DNA of 64,000 bases. Origin: a virus. Position 1 is the first letter of the stretch. Each line of letters begins with the position of its first letter. Below are positions 57,381 to 64,000 of this stretch, in pieces. The position numbers and the translations under genes were made by a program. The stretch spans positions 1 through 64,000 of the IMG/VR virus record IMGVR_UViG_3300046167_000883; one strand, written 5' to 3'. The notes beneath the pieces are model-generated. The model did not search any database. It saw only the letters and a list, made by a program, of their open reading frames with translations, and was not told the DNA's origin.

Positions 57381-60277
57381 TGGTACGCTGGACGGATTGG
57401 GTGAATGCGGAGATTGTTCACTATGAATCCGATTTCAGTGAAAATACTAATGGGTGGAATGTAACTGATGGGTCACTGTCGGTGTCAGATGGGGCTATGG
57501 TTCTTGCGCCTAATACGAGTTCAACTACTCATTTTGCGAACAGATCCTCTAGTCTTCCCGTAGGTAAAAAACTTAGGGTCACCTTTGATGTAAAGATTCC
57601 AAGCGGTCAATCTATTGTTACTGGATTTAGAGCCACTGAAGTTAGCGGCGCTTTAATCAAATATGTTACCAGTCAAACTCAGGGTGAGTTTGTTAGCTAC
57701 TCAGAAGAAATAACTCCAACCAACACTGGGTTAATAAGATTTTTTGCCGCCACAAACACGGGCGGAGGCGTAACATTCAGCGGTAATGACTCAGAAAAGC
57801 TAATCATTAAAAACATTGTCGTAACAGTCATTGATGATGACGGACACGTCAGTACTTGGTACGACCAATCAGGCAGCGACAATCACGCAGTGCAGACGGA
57901 TACTGCAAAGCAGCCTAAGATTGTTGAGGGTGGTACGCTACTAAAGGATTCCAATAATAATCCAGAGGTTGTGTTTACTAGAGGTGATGCTCAATTCCTG
58001 ACAGCTTCATCACCCATAGCATTTAATGACGTATTCTTTAAGTTTAGACGTACCGATGCGACTAACGCGACCAACGGTATACTTACTGAAGCATCCAGTG
58101 GAGTATACCCCTACACTTATATCCATCACTCCAGTCAAACATTTTCGTTTGATGGGAATGCAAGTGACACGGTAAACTTATCCTTTAATGGTCAGTACGA
58201 GGAAAACCAAAGTACTGACAAGGGTGGGCTTGTTACTATTGATGACCACTTAGTTTATCTAAACTACACAAGCAATCCAGATGCCATCAGCGATATTGGT
58301 AAGTTGTATAATGGCTCCCCTATTTATGGTAGCTTTGGCGCAGGTGAGTTTATTTTCTACGACTCCGACCAGTCAACAAAGCGCAGAGCTATTGAGGAGA
58401 ACATCGCTAATCACTACGACATTTCCCTAGCAGCCTTCTCGCGGGATGGTACAGTCAAAACTTGGTACGACCAGAGTGAAACCAATGGTGTACCTAATGC
58501 CAATCACGCAGTGCAGACTGACCCTACGAAGCAGCCTAAGATTGTTGTGAATGGGAATCTGTTGGAGGATGGTGTCACATTTGACGAAGCCAATGAAACA
58601 GAACTCAAAGTTACTGGTGACCCAGTTATTACTGCGGACTATACTGGTACTTATAGTGCATTCAGTATTCAAAAGATTAGCAATAGTGAGTCTGGTTATT
58701 TGTACGGGAATGCATCTCCATCGGATGGCTCTTCAATTTATAATAATGGTTCTAATTACGCGGCGACCAACAAAAACAATGCGGCACTTGATGAAATAAG
58801 TAAAACCAGTTCCAAAAATTTACTGTCAGCTGTGTATAATAATGGTGACGCTGGGCTATTAGTAAACGGTGATGGGACAATGGTCGACCAGGGTACTTAT
58901 GACTTTAATGCTGGGACATCTGATTTTATTATCGGAAATAGAAACGGAGGGTCAGAGGCATCTCACTATTTAGATGGAACCATTGCTGAAATCATCATCT
59001 ACAACTCCGACCAGTCAACAAAGCGCAGAGCGATTGAGGAAAACATCGCTAATCACTACAACATTTCTCTAGCAGCCTTCTCGCGGGATGGTACAGTCAG
59101 TACTTGGTACGACCAATCAGGCAGCGACAATCACGCAACTCAGACTGACCCTACGAAGCAGCCTAAGATTGTTGATGGTGGTAGTCTATTAAAGTTAAAT
59201 GGTAAACCATCTATTGATTTCTCTACAGTTGATGGCTACCTTGAACTTAGCCAAGAAGTGGATACTAGCAATAAACCCTGTTCAATTATTGCGGCTACTG
59301 AACCAACAAATAAAGCTTTAATTGGTCAAACTTCAAATCGTCGTCTAGTTTTCAACTCTTCTGATGCTAGATTTGGATTAAGCGTTTCAGCGATAACTGA
59401 GGACTACCCTTCGGTAAGCGGAGGTGCTGTGTTTACGGCTATTCACAACGGAACAACAACTGCTCCTAATGTTGTAATTTACGCAAACGGAAGTGCCTCA
59501 ACAACAAATGATTCAAATCAAGGTTCACCTATGACCGTTGGTGTAATTGATTTCATAGGGGTTAACCTTGGTTCTGCTGTTATTTCTTATTTTGATAAAA
59601 AATTACCAGAAGTAATCATCTACAACTCCGACCAAACAGCCAACCGTACAGCTATTGAGGCTAACATAGGTGAGACCTACGGCATTACTGCAATCCCTGC
59701 TGCTAACGATACAGTCAACGGCTTCGTGCAGACGTGGTACGACCAGAGCGGTAGTGGCAATGACGCGGAGCAGACGACTGCCTCGAAGCAGCCTAAGATT
59801 GTTGTGAATGGCACTTATCTAGGAGAGATAAAGTTTGAGAATGGATTGTACGTACAAAAGACAGGTCTTAGTCTAAGTGGACCATTTTCTACATTTTCTT
59901 TATCCAACGCTAACTCTCAACATAATGGAGCGTTATTAAATTTTGGTACTAGTTTTTCACAGCAATACCGAAGTAACCTAAGCCTCCTATTGCAATATGG
60001 TGACACGAACTTCTCAAGTGCAGGCGCGTATACCGTAGGGGAGCAAAACGTAATGAGCTTCATCTTCGACACAACTGGCTTAGGATACTACAATGGTACA
60101 GAAGTAATTAATGATGCGACTACTGGTGCTACCGCAACTCAATTTAGAGTCGGAAATAGTCCGTTTGGTCTAGATGGGGATGTTAAGGAAATCATCATAT
60201 ACAATTCAAACCAATCAGCCAATCGTCCTGCTATTGAAGCTAACATCGCCAACCAGTACGGCATTACCCTATCTTAA
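57374..60277 (+). CDS. Giant tail protein, C-terminal part: four TWYDQS...EIIIY...AIExNI LamG/arabinofuranosidase-B-like half-domains
   Basis: TWYDQ at about 57854, 58460, 59102 and 59732, each followed by KQPKIV and ending E(I/V/F)IxYxS...RxAIExNI. Confidence 0.8.
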   Translation: MLMVRWTDWVNAEIVHYESDFSENTNGWNVTDGSLSVSDGAMVLAPNTSSTTHFANRSSSLPVGKKLRVTFDVKIPSGQSIVTGFRATEVSGALIKYVTSQTQGEFVSYSEEITPTNTGLIRFFAATNTGGGVTFSGNDSEKLIIKNIVVTVIDDDGHVSTWYDQSGSDNHAVQTDTAKQPKIVEGGTLLKDSNNNPEVVFTRGDAQFLTASSPIAFNDVFFKFRRTDATNATNGILTEASSGVYPYTYIHHSSQTFSFDGNASDTVNLSFNGQYEENQSTDKGGLVTIDDHLVYLNYTSNPDAISDIGKLYNGSPIYGSFGAGEFIFYDSDQSTKRRAIEENIANHYDISLAAFSRDGTVKTWYDQSETNGVPNANHAVQTDPTKQPKIVVNGNLLEDGVTFDEANETELKVTGDPVITADYTGTYSAFSIQKISNSESGYLYGNASPSDGSSIYNNGSNYAATNKNNAALDEISKTSSKNLLSAVYNNGDAGLLVNGDGTMVDQGTYDFNAGTSDFIIGNRNGGSEASHYLDGTIAEIIIYNSDQSTKRRAIEENIANHYNISLAAFSRDGTVSTWYDQSGSDNHATQTDPTKQPKIVDGGSLLKLNGKPSIDFSTVDGYLELSQEVDTSNKPCSIIAATEPTNKALIGQTSNRRLVFNSSDARFGLSVSAITEDYPSVSGGAVFTAIHNGTTTAPNVVIYANGSASTTNDSNQGSPMTVGVIDFIGVNLGSAVISYFDKKLPEVIIYNSDQTANRTAIEANIGETYGITAIPAANDTVNGFVQTWYDQSGSGNDAEQTTASKQPKIVVNGTYLGEIKFENGLYVQKTGLSLSGPFSTFSLSNANSQHNGALLNFGTSFSQQYRSNLSLLLQYGDTNFSSAGAYTVGEQNVMSFIFDTTGLGYYNGTEVINDATTGATATQFRVGNSPFGLDGDVKEIIIYNSNQSANRPAIEANIANQYGITLS
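58362..58457 (+). repeat. 96-nt direct repeat, copy 1
   Basis: Matches 59004-59099 with 4 mismatches (compared by eye). Confidence 0.85.
59004..59099 (+). repeat. 96-nt direct repeat, copy 2
   Basis: Matches 58362-58457. Confidence 0.85.
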
Positions 60278-60279
60278 TT

Positions 60280-60513
60280 ATGTACCTAATCTACGAAACC
60301 GAACAAGGAGCTATTGACCGCGCTGACGAGGAGGGCAAGTACCTGAACTTCTCTTACTGGACTGAAGGCAAAGGCACACGCTGGCTGACCGCTCCAGTGC
60401 CTACGGCTAACGGCAAGTGGGCATTAGACGTATCTTCCTATAATCTATCTGAACTAGAATTCTTTTCTACAGAAGATGCATTTACTCCCCTTGAAGAGAG
60501 CGAAGGAGATTAA
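60280..60513 (+). CDS. Small hypothetical protein (possible fibre chaperone)
   Basis: Directly follows the giant tail protein and has a similar base composition. Confidence 0.6.
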   Translation: MYLIYETEQGAIDRADEEGKYLNFSYWTEGKGTRWLTAPVPTANGKWALDVSSYNLSELEFFSTEDAFTPLEESEGD

Positions 60514-60959
60514 TCCGCGTCGACCGTCTTAATTTCTCCAACCTGTCTTGGGCTTGATTGGTAATTATTGTATTTGCCAATCATGTCCTGTAAGTTGTTG
60601 TAAGCGTCCTGAGCGAGTCCTTTATACACTTTGGATACTTCGTTCCTATTAACAAAAGAAACGACCTGTTCGCCATCCTGAACGCTTAAAACACCATTTG
60701 TGTTGTCAGTTATGCCGCGCAAAGTGTTTCGGGCTTGTTTTGTATAGTAATGATACAAATACATCTCCTTGTAGATGTTCTGCTCTTCTAATTGCAAACC
60801 CTCTACGTTTCCATTAACGCCAGAAAAACTTGTATAAAGTACATTATTAAGCTGACCAATATTGTTATCCAGCCATCCAGAAATAGACTCAACCGTTACT
60901 CCAGTGGAGTCAAATTCGTTTTCGTAAATAGATGTGGCTAGGTTTCCAATGTCGCTCAT
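60510..60959 (-). CDS. Putative head-tail adaptor protein
   Basis: Helical 149 aa with SVQDGEQVVSF hairpin; downstream of the capsid gene. Confidence 0.55.
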   Translation of the reverse strand: MSDIGNLATSIYENEFDSTGVTVESISGWLDNNIGQLNNVLYTSFSGVNGNVEGLQLEEQNIYKEMYLYHYYTKQARNTLRGITDNTNGVLSVQDGEQVVSFVNRNEVSKVYKGLAQDAYNNLQDMIGKYNNYQSSPRQVGEIKTVDAD

Positions 60960-61567
60960 GATTGTCTTTGATATTCTTGGCTAATGACTTTAATTAGTCT
61001 TTCTCTATCAAAGCTTGGATTAAACCCCAGACGTGCGGCAGTTTCTTGAAGCTCTGATAAAGTTTTTGATTTTAATGTTTTGTTTAAATCATTTACACTT
61101 TTAGAACCTTCAAATGCATCAGACAGCGCTCCTTTTTCTGCTTTTTTACTGGCGGTTGTTTGAACAAACCCATTAGTGGAGGCCCAAGAATGGAAAGCTT
61201 GCAACAATTCAGCCTTTTGATCCCCCTCCGAAGAATAATGTCTAGCCGCAACCCTCTCTGCTATTGTCGCCATTTCATCTCTGGACATTGTATCAAGTCG
61301 TCGTCTGAATACGCGCACATCAGCGGTTTTAAACGGGCTGATCTTGTCTGTGCCAAAAAGTTTTTCTTTTTCTTCAATGAGGTCTACTTCGTCCCTCTCT
61401 TTACCGTCGGTGTATTCTAAATTTTCTAAAGCATCACCTTTTTGCATTTCTTCATTATTGATCTCATCACCTTCTACTGCTGTAGCGATTTCTAAATCTT
61501 CTTCTACAACAGGCTGTTTGACAAATTTTTGCCCTTCTTCGTTAATCTGTTTAGATAATTCATCCAT
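60956..61567 (-). CDS. Hypothetical protein with Rho-N/HeH-like repeats
   Basis: LDTMSRDEMATIAERV and LKSKTLSELQETAARLG repeats. Confidence 0.55.
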   Translation of the reverse strand: MDELSKQINEEGQKFVKQPVVEEDLEIATAVEGDEINNEEMQKGDALENLEYTDGKERDEVDLIEEKEKLFGTDKISPFKTADVRVFRRRLDTMSRDEMATIAERVAARHYSSEGDQKAELLQAFHSWASTNGFVQTTASKKAEKGALSDAFEGSKSVNDLNKTLKSKTLSELQETAARLGFNPSFDRERLIKVISQEYQRQS

Positions 61568-61599
61568 AATAGTATTATAAAAACAAAATAAAAAAATTC

Positions 61600-61632
61600 A
61601 AAAAAAAAGGGCCGCCCCGAAGGACGACCCTT
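61600..61632 (-). terminator. Intrinsic terminator after the major capsid gene
   Basis: On the - strand: AAGGGTCGTCC-TTCG-GGGCGGCCC followed by a T run. Confidence 0.85.
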
Positions 61633-61651
61633 AAAGTTTAACACAAGAGCT

Positions 61652-62804
61652 TTATGCTCCCATGATTGCTGTACCAACAAGGGCGCGATTGTCAATAACA
61701 ACTCGACCTTCTTCGATAGAACCGAAGTAACCGATCTTGTTTTGACGAATGCTGTATTGGTCATCAGCGATAAGGTTGAATTCACCACCGTTTTCGCTAT
61801 CAACAGCAACTGGGCGAACAAGAGACTCGCGAGTGCGATCGATACCGAGAACAAGTTCATCAGTACCAGCAAAAGCTTGGTCACCAGCGCCACCGCCAGC
61901 AAGAGGAATGTTTCCACTTTGATAGCCAGTGAAGATGTCGTTGAACTTTCTCGACGAACCGCCAAGTCCACTACCACCCATTTCGTTAAGCTCGATGACA
62001 TTGATACCATAGAACTCAGGAGCGCCAGCAGCTTGGAAAGCTTGTTCAGCGATCACATCAGCAGTACGAACATTGCTGTTCGCAGATGCTTGAGGAGCAG
62101 CCTTAGTGTTGATTGGGTTGTAAGCAATCGCACGAAGCTCTTCAACGATTTCAGGAGAGCAGATGATGTCTGTGATGCCGCGACCTTGGCGAGCATCAGG
62201 AGTACCACCAACAAAAGAAGTAACGATTCTCTTCGAACGAGTAATCATGCGATTAAGGTCAGCGAGAACGAATCTGTTGTTAGCAGCACCTTCTTCAAGG
62301 TGAGCAGAGTTGCTAGTGAAAGCATCTGCAAGAGCCTTAAGGACAACATTTGCAGAAATGGTGTTTTGCTTAAGAAGGATTTCTTGTGCAACACGAGTCA
62401 TTGTCTTAGCGACAACGTCCATGCGGCTCTTAGCAGCGTAACGACGGTCAAAGCTTACTGCGGAATCAAGGCTGTAAGTAGCTAACTTGAGTTCCGAAGA
62501 TGTTGGAAGAACTTCCGAAGTAGGAAGACCACCAGCACGGCTTTGGCTGTAAACTTGTACATAGTCCTTCGTCAGCAACGTCATAGTACAAATCCAACGG
62601 AATCGAAGGATTGTCGTCAGCGTTGTACTGAAGAGTCGTGAAGAGGTTAGACAATGCAGGAGCATTGTTGATAACTTCTGCGAGAACAGGTCCGATAAAC
62701 TCAGCAAGAGCAGTTTGAGCTTCGTAAGCAACGTCACGGTTGCGGGAAGCCATTGCCTTTACAAGCTCGACTTGTTCTGGAGTATTTTTCAAAGTAATTT
62801 TCAT
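61652..62804 (-). CDS. Major capsid protein (one apparent extra base at 62566-62567)
   Basis: ORFs 62466..62804 and 61652..62737 join as ...LYYDVADE/DYVQVYSQS...; scaffold-decoration-capsid-terminator order; strongly biased codons. Confidence 0.8.
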
Positions 62805-62825
62805 AATTTTAAATTTCCTTTCTTA

Positions 62826-63449
62826 TTAACCAAGTTTGACGATAACATAGTCGCCACCAAACTGATCGGTGAGGCCGCCATTAGTAGTGGCGCGTGAACC
62901 AGTTCCAAGAACCATACCGATAGAAGCAGCGGAACCTACAGTAGCAGGACCTACAGTACCAGTGCCAGCAACTTCAAAACCGTCACCGATAGTGAACACA
63001 GAAGCTGCACCACCTTCGATGGCATTTGCACTCAAGGTAAAGATACCCTTAGTTGCAACAGGAACAGTTTGGCCAGGAAGAACAGCTTGAAGCTCTTCTT
63101 TCTTGGTCGTATTATAAAGAAGTTTCTCACCATTCTCATCAGTTTTAGCTGTTTGATTCAAGGTCAATCCAAGAGGAATTTCGCCCGAAGCAGCAGCAGC
63201 AACTTCTAGAGGATTAGTAGGATACATGTCGCCACCAACAAATGGGTAATCCCTCTTTCCAAGATAGTCGTTAGAACCGTAAGTAATAACGTCCTGGTCG
63301 AAGTTACCGTCAGTGACCTTAACGAAAACGCCGTTAGAACCCTCGCCGTCACCAGTGGTGGACTCAAGAACGTCGGCATTTTGAAGAGCAAAAACGTTAA
63401 CAACGTCTTGCTCGTCATATTGTCTGAATGGAAGTAATCTAAGTGCCAT
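62826..63449 (-). CDS. Capsid decoration / cement protein
   Basis: Gly/Ala-rich 207 aa between scaffold and capsid genes; VPVATKGIF...IGMVLG pattern. Confidence 0.6.
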   Translation of the reverse strand: MALRLLPFRQYDEQDVVNVFALQNADVLESTTGDGEGSNGVFVKVTDGNFDQDVITYGSNDYLGKRDYPFVGGDMYPTNPLEVAAAASGEIPLGLTLNQTAKTDENGEKLLYNTTKKEELQAVLPGQTVPVATKGIFTLSANAIEGGAASVFTIGDGFEVAGTGTVGPATVGSAASIGMVLGTGSRATTNGGLTDQFGGDYVIVKLG

Positions 63450-63478
63450 AATTTTTTTAAGTTTAAATTTTGTTTTGT

Positions 63479-64000
63479 TTATCCAAGGATATTTTCGCGG
63501 CTAAATGCAGCAGCGAACTTCTCCTTCAAAGTTGTTTTTGAAGCTTGAGCTTCGTTGTTATTAGGAAGAGCTTCTTCTGTAGCTTCTGCATTTTCAAGAG
63601 CTTCTTCAACGTCTACTTCTTCAGCAACTGCTTCTTCTTTAGCTTCAGTAGCTTCTGATGCTTCTGCTGTGTTGAGGCGCTTTTCGATTTCAGCTTCGAC
63701 GCGAGCGGCGATAGCTTCTTCTTGTTTTGCTTTAGCTTCCTTGTTTTTCGATGCCCAGAAAACAGCAAGCTCATCCTTAAATGATGCAAAAGACTCTTCG
63801 GTGTCATCAAGACCCTTAATCTTTTCTGCAATAAATGAGCTATCGCTTTCTTCAAGATCGTAAATGGAATCAATTTCTTCCATACGAGCATTGAAGCGAG
63901 CAACTGCTTCTTCAGCCTTCTTTTCCGCCTCGAAAGATTCGATGCGCTCTTGAGCAGCTTTAAGTTCCTCCTTGATAGCCTCTACGGAAGCTTGAAGCTC
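63479..64000 (-). CDS. Capsid scaffold / prohead protease C-terminal part (runs off the window end)
   Basis: Frame stays open from 64000; Glu/Ala/Lys-rich coiled coil upstream of decoration and capsid genes. Confidence 0.65.
   Translation of the reverse strand, partial: ELQASVEAIKEELKAAQERIESFEAEKKAEEAVARFNARMEEIDSIYDLEESDSSFIAEKIKGLDDTEESFASFKDELAVFWASKNKEAKAKQEEAIAARVEAEIEKRLNTAEASEATEAKEEAVAEEVDVEEALENAEATEEALPNNNEAQASKTTLKEKFAAAFSRENILG

Noticed and set aside
58362-59099. Diversity-generating retroelement TR/VR pair
   Set aside because: Mismatches include T/G and C/T so are not adenine-specific, both copies are in-frame coding, and no reverse transcriptase is present in the window
1-64000. 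Stop-codon reassignment
   Set aside because: Conserved genes translate full length in code 11 and end in TAA, TAG or TGA; the breaks are single-base indels

Overview
This 64 kb window is part of a large tailed dsDNA phage genome, siphovirus-like with a lambda-type tail tip, AT-rich and using the standard genetic code. A DUF4032-like gene tentatively points to a Verrucomicrobia/PVC host. Contents in order: (1) tail-tip genes L-K-I-I-J at 1-5011; (2) an oppositely oriented cassette at 5014-7859 with two GNAT-like genes, a spermidine synthase/SAM decarboxylase fusion and a sulfotransferase; (3) a replication/recombination block with split DnaE, DEDDh exonuclease, primase, DnaB, RecA, an SSAP and a half-size Clp ATPase; (4) a sugar-modification cluster (gmd, glf, glycosyltransferases, PQ-loop transporter) plus thyX and nrdB-HNH-nrdA; (5) a divergent AT-rich junction followed by dNMP kinase, sigma factor, SSB, GT and Hsp20; (6) tape measure, tail tube paralogs, head-tail genes, major capsid, decoration and scaffold genes. 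The most notable unexplained structures are: a ~2000 aa tail-tube fusion whose four lectin-like domains appear nested inside one another; a GTGTAA-N8-10-ATG element recurring across the window that looks like a phage-specific leaderless promoter; the polyamine/acyl/sulfo cassette; a single-AAA Clp ending in an IGF motif; and a GC-rich double-hairpin RNA candidate after recA. Three single-base insertions (one in the capsid gene, two in the giant tail protein gene) look like sequencing errors. All calls come from motif recognition by eye; no searches were run.
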